Shown here in pieces: positions 17,362-26,059 of a stretch of 64,000 nt of DNA. The notes under the pieces were generated by a model, which was not told the origin of the DNA, made no database searches, and saw only the letters and a program-made list of their open reading frames with translations. The stretch spans positions 1 through 64,000 of the IMG/VR virus record IMGVR_UViG_3300028557_000031; one strand, given 5' to 3'. The stretch is from an uncultured virus (IMG/VR IMGVR_UViG_3300028557_000031) (taxonomy: Duplodnaviria > Heunggongvirae > Uroviricota > Caudoviricetes). The position numbers were made by a program, and so were the translations under genes. Numbering within the stretch: the stretch's first letter is position 1; each line of letters opens with the position of its first letter.

Positions 17362-17665
17362 AATATGTGAGTGGCATCAAATGTCCCTTTTCACCTGATA
17401 TTGCTTCTTTGAGTGTTGAATAATGAAACACTTGGTCATTGGAAACAACAACCCAATTTTTTTGGTTTGCTAAGTTTGGTCTAGTTAAATACATAATACA
17501 ACAAAGATACAACAAAAATTACTACCAAACTAATAAAGGCGATTTTATATCCTCCTTGAATTTTGTGTTTTGACCTACCTTGCCAATCCTCGGGGTTCCA
17601 AGATTCTTTCCAATTGTCAGAATATTTGTTTCTCATATTTTTTTTAGTTATTACAGAATGACTTG

Positions 17666-17731
17666 TAGCCCGACGGGGAATCGAACCCCTGAGTAAAAAC
17701 CAGGTGCTCTATCTATTTGAGCTAATATCCC
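17666..17731 (-). pseudogene. Chimeric or deleted tRNA remnant
   Basis: 5' half GGGATATTAGCTCA...CCTGG-TTTTTAC-TCAGG joined directly to GGTTCGATTCCCCGTCGGGCTA; the acceptor strands do not pair and the variable loop is missing. Confidence 0.6.
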
Positions 17732-17774
17732 TATTTGTTATTACAAATATAGAATAATAACATAAAAGACCAAA

Positions 17775-18557
17775 TTATTTTTCGATTCTTTTATTGAATG
17801 TGAAAACAGGATTTTGACAAAATCTTTGGTCGGTGACATAACATCGGTCTAAACCCATGATAATGTTGACATCATTTTCTAATGAAATTAATGGATGCAA
17901 GTCTTTTATCATTCCATGGAGTGAAACATGTTCCATCCAAAAATAAGCCAAAAAAGTTTTGATATATTTTTTTGGGACAACATTAAAAACATTTCCAGTT
18001 ACCCTATTGTATGTATTCCAAAACCAAAACTCGCTTCCCAATGATTCAACCATACTTTCTTTTTCATCCGTATAAAAACGAAAATCAGTCTCCGCCCACA
18101 AAAAGTTCATTTTGTTTTCGTTAATATTCAATTTTGAGATTGGGAGTTTGAATTGAGTGTCCGCCCTAACAAATACATACAAATCATATTCGGGAATTTC
18201 ATCGTGTAATTTAAGAAATCTTCCACCACTTCTGAAATTTCCAGGACCCCATTGCATGGGTACTTTTAATTGGTATAATTTACCAAGAAACTTTAAATCT
18301 TGATTAGAGATTTCATCGTAATCCAAATCAATTGCATAATATTCCTCTTTGAATTGTTGAAAATATTTGTGTTTGTTTGTTACCAAAGCGGTGTCAATCT
18401 TATAACCTAAACTCCTAAGAGGTTTGTAAATCATTTTCTGATGATTCGGACGATTGTCCCTCATGTCAACAGAATAGGTATAAGAACCACTATAATCCAA
18501 AACCTTTTCGGAATATCCATTTCCGATATAGATTACTAAACAAGTTTTATTAAACAT
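17775..18557 (-). CDS. Hypothetical protein, possibly glycosyltransferase-like
   Basis: YDLYVFVRADTQF resembles the YDxxxxxRxD motif of phage sugar-transferase-like proteins. Confidence 0.45.
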   Translation of the reverse strand: MFNKTCLVIYIGNGYSEKVLDYSGSYTYSVDMRDNRPNHQKMIYKPLRSLGYKIDTALVTNKHKYFQQFKEEYYAIDLDYDEISNQDLKFLGKLYQLKVPMQWGPGNFRSGGRFLKLHDEIPEYDLYVFVRADTQFKLPISKLNINENKMNFLWAETDFRFYTDEKESMVESLGSEFWFWNTYNRVTGNVFNVVPKKYIKTFLAYFWMEHVSLHGMIKDLHPLISLENDVNIIMGLDRCYVTDQRFCQNPVFTFNKRIEK

Positions 18558-18593
18558 ACTTGTAGTAAAATAGTTATTTCTGCGGTAAAGTAA

Positions 18594-19535
18594 TTATATC
18601 TGTCCACCTTCAGCCGTATTTGCTTCGGGTTCATATAAATCCACCTCTACTGGGAAATCTCTTAATTCAGTTTGTATTGCTCGGACCATTGGAGTTTCTT
18701 CCTGATACGACTTTTCAAGCTCTTTATAGAGAGAATAAGAAGTTTGCCACGATTGTTCATTGAGTTGCCTGTTAGTGAAAGAATCTTTTACAAACAAAAT
18801 GTCTTTTATTACATCCATAATCGCATTTGGTAATTCACACAACATGGAATCAACTCTGTCGTCAACCATATTCCAAAAACTTAGCTCGGTTCCCTTATCT
18901 GAATGATTTCTATAAAAAACGGCAACTTTTTTTCCACTAATCTTATTGATACAATATACAAGTTTTCCATCTTCTGTATAATTGAAAAACTGACCCTGAT
19001 ATTTTTCAGAGGCGGTACACCATTTGGTCCCATAACCGTATTTTTGAGAAGCCTCAGCGGTAAATGGTCGAACAATTAACCATTCATCATCCTCATAATC
19101 TCTGAAAACTTGTTTTTGTAGTTTTTTTGAAATGTTCTTGAGTTTAATCAAACTTATTAATTGATGAATTTCTGAAATGTCCTTGATTTGCGTGACATCC
19201 ATACCAGGTAATTGATTCTTTTCGGCAGCATCAATGAGATTTACCATCGACCTAACCAACTCAGATTCGAAAGAACCTAAAAACTGATAAATCAAAGGTA
19301 TTTGTTCGTCTGAAATATTTTTTAACTCCAAATTATAGATATCTCGTATTTCTCTACGAAAATCATCTATATGGTTTTTTTTAAAATTCCTCTGACTATA
19401 ATTCTTCGTAAATAGTTTAACCATTAGGGGTGTATACTTGTTAGTTTTACTTGGGTCAAGTAACATAATCACATCCAACAAATTCATTTTCATGAACTCC
19501 GAAGTTTGTTCTATAATGTCAGTTCGTTTTGCCAT
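18594..19535 (-). CDS. Conserved large-phage protein with YGxGTKWCTA motif (PcfJ-like)
   Basis: ASQKYGYGTKWCTA motif. Confidence 0.55.
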   Translation of the reverse strand: MAKRTDIIEQTSEFMKMNLLDVIMLLDPSKTNKYTPLMVKLFTKNYSQRNFKKNHIDDFRREIRDIYNLELKNISDEQIPLIYQFLGSFESELVRSMVNLIDAAEKNQLPGMDVTQIKDISEIHQLISLIKLKNISKKLQKQVFRDYEDDEWLIVRPFTAEASQKYGYGTKWCTASEKYQGQFFNYTEDGKLVYCINKISGKKVAVFYRNHSDKGTELSFWNMVDDRVDSMLCELPNAIMDVIKDILFVKDSFTNRQLNEQSWQTSYSLYKELEKSYQEETPMVRAIQTELRDFPVEVDLYEPEANTAEGGQI

Positions 19536-19609
19536 AATAAAATAATTTATGTAAAGATAAGAAAGAAAAAAGTCACAACCAAAGACTATTTATAATAAGT
19601 TATTAAAAA

Positions 19610-21118
19610 ATGCCCACAGCTCGTCCTTTTGCTTATAATCCAGGTTCCCCTATTGCTGGAACTGAACAAGTCGGTGATATTGCCGTGGGTATAACTCCAC
19701 AAAACTATTCGGGAGGATACGGAGGAGTCCGTTGGTGGAATGGACCCGACGAAGACTTGGGATATATTATTTGTTACTCAGTTCCAACAGAGGACCACCC
19801 AAGCCCTGACGGACCAATTGCTGGTGTTGGATTTTTTAGGTCAAAATTCTTAACTGAACCATCCTTTATTGAAATTGCAGAATATGTTTCAAATGGACAA
19901 ACATTTGCAACTGGTGCTGATGCAAAAATTTGGTTGAATGCAAATGGTTATTGGACCTCCTATGATGCTGTTAGTGTTACACCTACTCCAACACCAACCC
20001 CTACCGAAACTATACCGGTTACCCCAAATCCAACAGGAACTCCAACACGAACTCCAACACGAACTCCAAGACCTACGGTTACTCCAACTAACACACCTTA
20101 CCCACCTAACACATATAAATTCTATTTGACTGAGGGTTCAAATCCTGTTGTCCCACAAAGTAATGGTGATATCATGTTTATCACTTCAGGAGATACGATA
20201 ACATACAATCCAAATGATAGTTTTGAATTTGTGTTTACGGCAATCGATAAATCAGGAACTTCACATCCTGAATATGATGATTTATTAATTTATGGTGGAA
20301 CAATTACATTGACACAAGATACCAATACTTACATTGCAAGTGGTGACAGTGGATTTTTCTCTTATACTTCAACAATTGTAAGTTACTATTCAGCAAATTC
20401 TTTAGATGTAACACAGCTTTCGGCAAATCCGTTTGTTTCTGGAAGTCCAATCTATTTAACTGCCTCTATTAATTATCCACCAACACCAACTCCAACAAAT
20501 ACTCCAACTAACACAGAAACACCTACCGAAACTCCAACTCAAACTCCTACACCAAGTGTAACTGTTGGACTAACTCCAACAATGACGCCAAGTAATTCGC
20601 CGACTCCTTCGGTAACGGCGTATATTACTCCAAACCCAACTGAAACTCCGATAAATACGCCAACTAATACGGAAACATCAACCCCAACTCCAACACCTGC
20701 TGGACCAGGACAATATTTTTTCTTCCTTCCTGATGGGGCTACACCATCCAATCCAGATAGTCCAGGTAATATAATGTTTCTTTCAGAAACTAGTGGACCT
20801 CAACTTGTAACATATAATTGGAATTTAGCTTTCTCTGCTTATATTAATGCAACAGATGCTTCTGGATTAAACCATCCTGATTATTACGATACTTTAACTT
20901 ATGGAGGTACAGTAACAATGACTCAAGGGGCAAATACAATAATCTTCAGTGGTAATCCTTCAGTGTTTGTTGATTACGGAAGTGGTATTCTTGCAGTTGA
21001 CCCTGTAACAATTCAAAGTAGTAGTTTTGTTTCAAGTACTCCGATAAACGTATTAGTTGAGGTAAATTATCCTCCAACACCCACACCAACAAATACAGTT
21101 ACCCCAACACCATCATAA
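19610..21118 (+). CDS. Thr/Pro-repeat virion (fibre-like) protein with two repeated beta-rich domains
   Basis: N-terminal [19 protein letters not shown] domain, TP tracts, two paralogous domains ([14 protein letters not shown] and [14 protein letters not shown]). Confidence 0.75.
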   Translation: MPTARPFAYNPGSPIAGTEQVGDIAVGITPQNYSGGYGGVRWWNGPDEDLGYIICYSVPTEDHPSPDGPIAGVGFFRSKFLTEPSFIEIAEYVSNGQTFATGADAKIWLNANGYWTSYDAVSVTPTPTPTPTETIPVTPNPTGTPTRTPTRTPRPTVTPTNTPYPPNTYKFYLTEGSNPVVPQSNGDIMFITSGDTITYNPNDSFEFVFTAIDKSGTSHPEYDDLLIYGGTITLTQDTNTYIASGDSGFFSYTSTIVSYYSANSLDVTQLSANPFVSGSPIYLTASINYPPTPTPTNTPTNTETPTETPTQTPTPSVTVGLTPTMTPSNSPTPSVTAYITPNPTETPINTPTNTETSTPTPTPAGPGQYFFFLPDGATPSNPDSPGNIMFLSETSGPQLVTYNWNLAFSAYINATDASGLNHPDYYDTLTYGGTVTMTQGANTIIFSGNPSVFVDYGSGILAVDPVTIQSSSFVSSTPINVLVEVNYPPTPTPTNTVTPTPS

Positions 21119-21364
21119 ATCCCATCCTCAGGATTTACAGTCACAGTACAAGAAATTGGGTCTGATGTTGTTTGGTCGGGTTCCGGTAATTTGAACCTGA
21201 CTAACTTAACATTTCAAAATAGCAGCACATTGACCGCAGGATTTTCAGCTACTCAAGCAATTTGGGCTGCAGGTCCGAGGTTTTCAAAATATATTTTGCC
21301 ATGTTTTTTTTTTCTTAAAATTAGTTAATTAAAAATTTAAAGTCAAATAGCGGAAAAACTTTAG

Positions 21365-21438
21365 GGTGAATAATGGGAATCGAACCCACGACGCTCGGAA
21401 CCACAAACCGATGCTCTACCAACTGAGCTATATCCACC
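21365..21438 (-). tRNA. tRNA-His(GTG)
   Basis: G-1 plus GTGGATA/TATTCAC acceptor with C73, loop TT-GTG-GT, canonical arms. Confidence 0.9.
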
Positions 21439-21446
21439 GTAAAAAA

Positions 21447-21551
21447 CGTCGGGGTAGGAATCCCACCTACAAGCGAGAACAACCCTTTAAAAGGGTCTTG
21501 ATGTTCTCCATTCAAAATTGAATGTGCCTTTGTCAATTCAGCCACCCGACT
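21447..21551 (-). ncRNA. tRNA-like RNA with a very long variable arm and non-canonical loops
   Basis: GTCGGG/CCCGAC acceptor, D-like arm, CATTC-AATTTT-GAATG, ~34-nt arm GAGAAC...GTTCTC, GTAGG-TGGGATT-CCTAC. Confidence 0.6.
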
Positions 21552-21560
21552 AACCTATTT

Positions 21561-22103
21561 TTAATTTTTACCCACGACTTCAGCAACAACAAATCGTTCA
21601 CCCGATAACACAGGTGTCACTTCATGAAATAGACTTCCATCAAAAAGAATCGCCATTCCTTTTTCTTTAGGTACAACTTTATTATTAACAATTAATTCGC
21701 CACCCTCAAAGTCATCATTTAACATCAATATCACAAGCCATCTTGTATCGGATGAGGGAATGAAATCAATGTGTCTAGTATGTTTACCACCTAAAGGATA
21801 ATGAGTAAAATAATGTGGGAATTCCAAAATAAAATTTGTAAGAATACATCCAAAACATTTTAAAAAAATATCCGATAGAAAAGGTAAATCATTTTTTTGT
21901 ATCCCAACAATATCAACAACTCTATTTGGAGCATTTATTCTTGTAATAGATTTTGAAGTAGTGTCCCACACATTTTTATCAATATCAATAAAAGAATTAA
22001 AACTATTCCAAAAGTTTATAACACTTTTAATTTCGTCATTAGAAATCACATTTCGGATTATTTTAAAATCACCATAGTCTTCTATATTTTTACAAATATC
22101 CAT
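21561..22103 (-). CDS. 2OG-Fe(II) oxygenase
   Basis: HID, LNDDFEGGEL and HEVTPVLSGERF motifs. Confidence 0.85.
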   Translation of the reverse strand: MDICKNIEDYGDFKIIRNVISNDEIKSVINFWNSFNSFIDIDKNVWDTTSKSITRINAPNRVVDIVGIQKNDLPFLSDIFLKCFGCILTNFILEFPHYFTHYPLGGKHTRHIDFIPSSDTRWLVILMLNDDFEGGELIVNNKVVPKEKGMAILFDGSLFHEVTPVLSGERFVVAEVVGKN

Positions 22104-22311
22104 TTGAAATTGTTTTGTAGAATAATAAATTAATTATTTTTTTTCTTCAATTTGAGACTCCATCAATTCAATTGCCCTTTTTAAGTGATTAACATAAAAA
22201 GGTATGTCAAATTTGTCTTCCTTTCCATATGATTTAACTGAATCTTGAACATATTTCAGTTCCCAAAGTATTTCATTTACGGTTTCTTTTGTCATAATTT
22301 AATAATTTAAG

Positions 22312-22409
22312 TGGTGTGAGCGGGATTCGAACCACGCGGCACGGTCTTTTTCACGGACTTGCTCTACCATGGGAGTATCATATGAGTACTCCACCTGAGC
22401 TATCACACC
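22312..22409 (-). tRNA. tRNA-Phe(GAA) with a hairpin insertion in the D-loop
   Basis: GGTGTGA/TCACACC acceptor, loop GT-GAA-AA, insert GGAGTA-CTCATATGA-TACTCC inside the D-loop; weak anticodon stem and bulged T-stem. Confidence 0.65.
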
Positions 22410-22416
22410 ATTTTTG

Positions 22417-22497
22417 TACCGGAAGAGGGACTCGAACCCCCACGCTAAAAAGCAGATGCTCCTAAGGCATCCGTGTCTACCATTCCACCACACCGGC
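22417..22497 (-). tRNA. tRNA-Leu(TAG)
   Basis: GATGC-CTTAGGA-GCATC anticodon arm, variable arm, TTCGAGT T-loop, discriminator A. Confidence 0.88.
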
Positions 22498-22502
22498 ACT
22501 TA

Positions 22503-22650
22503 GTTGGTAGTAGTTGACTTTATCAGGAATCCCGCCTAACCCCCAAAAGAGGTTCAGCTTCACACACCATTAGAGAGAGGGTATATTCTTAGTGTGTACC
22601 CTTGCGATATGCTCTCTCATACTGTCAACTCACGCATTGTTACTACCAAC
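22503..22650 (-). ncRNA. Unidentified structured RNA in the tRNA array
   Basis: 10-bp closing helix GTTGGTAGTA/TACTACCAAC, GTTGAC/GTCAAC, GAGAGA/TCTCTC, nested hairpins and a potential pseudoknot; TAnnTTTG box upstream. Confidence 0.6.
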
Positions 22651-22733
22651 CGTTATTTGTTTTTAACATTTCAAAGACCTTATGTCTTAACAACACCACA
22701 AATATATGTCGACATTTTTATAAAACCAAATGT

Positions 22734-23222
22734 CTAAAAAACTTTTTCCGAATTTTGTTCAACCCAAGACAAACTTATAGAAACATGTTTAGAAGATTTC
22801 TTCTTAGACAACTCTATTTTGGTTTTAACAATTTCCAAAACCTTGTCAGTTGTACATTTCCAAATATTCTTACAAGTTAGACCATCTTTTTTATCAAACA
22901 AGGCAAAAAAGAAAGCATCGTTTCTTTCGACTCTATGAAGGTTGTCTTCGTGGATTCTGTCAAGTTGAAAGGTCCCCCCCTCTTTACAAGATAGGTATTC
23001 GTACTTTTCTTTACCGTCTTTAGAATATGCATCAGCACCATGTTTTGTCTTATGACATTTATGGTCGAGAATTTCAGACACCATCCATTCTTTAATAAAT
23101 CCTGGTGTTAACAGGTCTTGTTCGAACCCATTTTCTTTTTTATACAGGTTTAAAGTTCCCACTAGTAGAAGGAGGGGGTTTTCCTGTTGTCTTATTAAAT
23201 TTATCAATTCTTCTTGGGTCAT
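22734..23222 (-). CDS. Possible PD-(D/E)xK restriction-endonuclease-fold protein
   Basis: HGADAYSKDGKEKYEYLS resembles the catalytic segment of PvuII-type nucleases, but the lysine is absent. Confidence 0.4.
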   Translation of the reverse strand: MTQEELINLIRQQENPLLLLVGTLNLYKKENGFEQDLLTPGFIKEWMVSEILDHKCHKTKHGADAYSKDGKEKYEYLSCKEGGTFQLDRIHEDNLHRVERNDAFFFALFDKKDGLTCKNIWKCTTDKVLEIVKTKIELSKKKSSKHVSISLSWVEQNSEKVF

Positions 23223-23234
23223 AAGGGTATATGT

Positions 23235-23311
23235 TGGTGGGCCTGGCAGGAATCGAACCCGCGACCTCGAAATTATGAGTTTCTCGCTCTAACCGTCTGA
23301 GCTACAGGCCC
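23235..23311 (-). tRNA. tRNA with CAT anticodon, Ile2-type body, encoded CCA
   Basis: GGGCCTG/CAGGCCC-A-CCA, loop CT-CAT-AA; lacks the initiator C1:A72 mismatch and GGG/CCC anticodon stem. Confidence 0.85.
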
Positions 23312-23472
23312 TGATGTTTTGTCAATTATAGAAAATCAATTTCATATTGTCAAATCGTTTACCTTGAAAGAGTTGAATTTCCGACATTTTTTATCTGAGT
23401 TAAAAGTGTTTAGTAAACTTTTTTTTGTTACAATAAACCTCATTAGTTTATTGAGCAATTTTTAGTTTATTG

Positions 23473-23544
23473 TGACCCCGAGGCGATTCGAACGCCCGAC
23501 TAGTATGTTAAGACACACTGCTCTACCATCTGAGCTACGGGGTC
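23473..23544 (-). tRNA. tRNA-Lys(CTT)-like gene with a 6-nt anticodon loop
   Basis: GACCCCG/CGGGGTC acceptor, canonical D and T arms, GTGTG-TCTTAA-CATAC anticodon arm. Confidence 0.7.
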
Positions 23545-23621
23545 AGATTATTCGGTTAAAACTTAGTTGTTTACGCATCAAAATCTTAAAAAATGAACGA
23601 TAAAACAAACCAAAATGACCG

Positions 23622-23864
23622 AAAAATTTAACAAAGTATAACCAAGATTCTGTATTTAATCTATCATTAGTCTATTTGCCCCCACCTTACCCGACCAGCT
23701 CACCGTCGTGGGTTGTTTTGGGTTGCATCCTCGGTGGTAATGACGATATAAGGATGTGGACTTATAACTGACCATTATAAGTTTGTTCCCTTATATCTCC
23801 CACCTTAAGCGTGTGATGTCCTGAGTTTCCTCTCCTAAGAGCGACAGAACTTTGTTAAATTTTT
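23622..23864 (-). ncRNA. rnpB: RNase P RNA, minimal (reduced S-domain)
   Basis: 16-bp P1; P2 TCTGTC/GATAGA; P3 CTC-TTAG-GAG; CR-I GAGGAAACTCAGGA pairing with CR-V ACAGAATCTTGGTTAT to form P4 with a bulged U; P5 CATC/GATG followed by CAA; CR-IV-like AGACTAATGA. Confidence 0.85.
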
Positions 23865-23934
23865 TTTTTCAGGTTTAGGTTCAGGTTCTTCGGGTTTCGG
23901 TGGAACATTCCACATTTCATCCCAAAAGGTATAT

Positions 23935-24525
23935 TCACTCATTGTTGTCAGGTTTAGAAAATGTTTCTTCGGCTTTACCGCCAAATTTACTGTTGTTAAA
24001 CAAATCATCATAGTCTTTGAATCCCCTTGTACGGGCATAATCATCGTTTTTCTTTCTACGATACTCCTTGATTTTTTCAGGGTCGCTCATCTCATCAGGG
24101 GTTTCAAAACCAAGTGATTTGGCACACTCGTTTTCACACCACTTATGAGAACCGATTTCAATGTGAATTGGTAAATCGGTCTGTAGTGAATCAATGAACT
24201 CTTCGAATTGGTTTGCGGCAATGAACGGCATCGTGTAGATACCCTCATCAACAGCATATCCTGATTCGTCCTGACTGTCAAAGATTTCAACCCTTCCCAT
24301 ACGGTATTTTTCACCCATCAAAGAGAATACTCCATAACCAACGGTTGAATAATAAAACCTACCAGGGTCACTAACACCATGAATATCAATACACCCTGGA
24401 TTTTTTTCTATCCAAGTTCCAAGATGATTGGCAATGTCCGTATTGGTGAGTTTAATATTATCCTTCTCAGCATCGTGACGGATATTTGTTAAAAACCAAG
24501 CAAGTTTCTTTCTATCTATTTTCAT
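23935..24525 (-). CDS. Hypothetical protein
   Basis: 196-aa ORF with TATATTTG immediately upstream (near-leaderless). Confidence 0.65.
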   Translation of the reverse strand: MKIDRKKLAWFLTNIRHDAEKDNIKLTNTDIANHLGTWIEKNPGCIDIHGVSDPGRFYYSTVGYGVFSLMGEKYRMGRVEIFDSQDESGYAVDEGIYTMPFIAANQFEEFIDSLQTDLPIHIEIGSHKWCENECAKSLGFETPDEMSDPEKIKEYRRKKNDDYARTRGFKDYDDLFNNSKFGGKAEETFSKPDNNE

Positions 24526-24545
24526 AATTGCAAATATAGTAATTT

Positions 24546-25484
24546 TTAATAGGGTTTAGGTAGCTGGTCTTTGAAATAGGTGAATATTTTACCAACCTTT
24601 TCCCAACTACCAATTTCCCTGAGGTATTCTTCACCCCTTAGTGTTACCGTCTCATAAGCGTTCACATAAAAAAAATGAGAAGGATTTTCGATGAAATTCT
24701 TAGCACCCCACAAATGATAGATATATTTCCCCAAAGGAGAATCCACAGGTAAATCGAAATCTCCGTTATCGTAATAATGTCCAAAGGAATGAACAGTGTC
24801 AGACAAAGACCTTGATTTGAAATTACCATCGATTTCTTTATGGTATTTTAAAACCATCGACGATAACAAATACTGCTCAGCAAAAGTCTGCATCGCAGTC
24901 TTGTCAACATAATCATCATCCTTGTAATCAAATTCACCTGAGTTATCCAACACAAAATCAAAATATGACTTAATATAAAAATCCTTAAACTCTTGATGAT
25001 TGAAATATAAAACCGATACATTAATCGGAAGTGACTGCTTGAAGTATTTCTTGTCTTTACCCCATTTCCAAGAAGGAGAAACACTTACCTCTGAGGGTCT
25101 TAAATAACCCGATTGTAACTCCCTGTGAAGATATACCATTTGATTGTCATTGAACTTACTAATGGGTGTGTTTAAAATCAAATCGGTATCAATAACCAAA
25201 AAAGGTGTTTTTACCTTAGACATAACCCATAGTTTTGGCGTCGCCCAAAAAGCATCACTAACCCTTTCATATGGATAATCATCAAAAAAATCAGTAACCA
25301 CCTCATCGTAGAAATCTAACATCCCCAATTTTTCGTAAAAACCTAAAGACTTCTTATCCGTGGCAAAGACAAACGGAACATCAGGGTTCACATATTTGTG
25401 ATTGCACACGGAGATAAGTTGAACCAAAAGTTCCAAATAAGAGGGGGGGTCATTATGAATGATATATGTGTGATACACTTTCAT
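24546..25484 (-). CDS. Nucleotide-diphospho-sugar transferase-like protein
   Basis: FWATPKL...PFLVIDTDL (DxD), ending in HLWG. Confidence 0.6.
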   Translation of the reverse strand: MKVYHTYIIHNDPPSYLELLVQLISVCNHKYVNPDVPFVFATDKKSLGFYEKLGMLDFYDEVVTDFFDDYPYERVSDAFWATPKLWVMSKVKTPFLVIDTDLILNTPISKFNDNQMVYLHRELQSGYLRPSEVSVSPSWKWGKDKKYFKQSLPINVSVLYFNHQEFKDFYIKSYFDFVLDNSGEFDYKDDDYVDKTAMQTFAEQYLLSSMVLKYHKEIDGNFKSRSLSDTVHSFGHYYDNGDFDLPVDSPLGKYIYHLWGAKNFIENPSHFFYVNAYETVTLRGEEYLREIGSWEKVGKIFTYFKDQLPKPY

Positions 25485-25539
25485 GATAAAGGTATTTGTA
25501 GCGTCGAGTGGATTTAAAACATTGAGCTACTACGCCATA

Positions 25540-26031
25540 CTATGAGAATTCAGTTGATGTAGAAACCCGAAGACCATCAAGATATTCCTCGTGTTTTTTA
25601 TTGTGAATAAAACTAATACGGTGCGAAGGATTTTCCTTGTAATATGTTTCAATATCCCATCCATCCTCTTGACCCCACTGAAGAGCCATTTGAATGAATT
25701 CTTCTTGACCCATAAGTTCTCCGTATTCATCAACCACACGACCATTTCGGATAAACTCAAAGAGTTCTTCTTTGGTCTTATAGTGTTTTGAATCATTCCA
25801 ATTCCACAGGAACTTCCAACCCGAACTTCGTTTACCCAAATGAATATTGGTTTCATCCAAGAATTCTTCCCAAGGTGACATGTAATCCCACTCACCAACT
25901 GATATTGAACGAAATCCTCGTTCGATTTGAGACGGATTGATTGAATCCATCTCATTGATACGCCGTCTCAGTTTTTGCTCCCGCTTTATCATTTCATCAC
26001 CTTTCGGTACTCTGTAATAGTTAGTTCCCAT
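25540..26031 (-). CDS. Conserved phage hypothetical protein
   Basis: MGTNYY...IHLGKRSSGWKF...DEYG...STEFS pattern typical of a widespread phage family. Confidence 0.7.
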   Translation of the reverse strand: MGTNYYRVPKGDEMIKREQKLRRRINEMDSINPSQIERGFRSISVGEWDYMSPWEEFLDETNIHLGKRSSGWKFLWNWNDSKHYKTKEELFEFIRNGRVVDEYGELMGQEEFIQMALQWGQEDGWDIETYYKENPSHRISFIHNKKHEEYLDGLRVSTSTEFS

Positions 26032-26059
26032 AGTTTATTTTTTTTTCAAAGTTAACAAA

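Noticed and set aside
21321..21545. 74-aa ORF (also 22299-22499 and 22602-22880)
   Set aside because: These overlap tRNA, ncRNA or an opposite-strand gene and are best explained as spurious frames.
21447..21551. Selenocysteine tRNA (contains TTCAA and a long variable arm)
   Set aside because: The TCA lies in the stem rather than in a 7-nt loop, and the acceptor stem is not extended.
23473..23544. Ochre suppressor tRNA (TTA) and stop-codon recoding
   Set aside because: Centring TTA in a 7-nt loop breaks the stem; long genes read intact in the standard code and TAA is the main stop.
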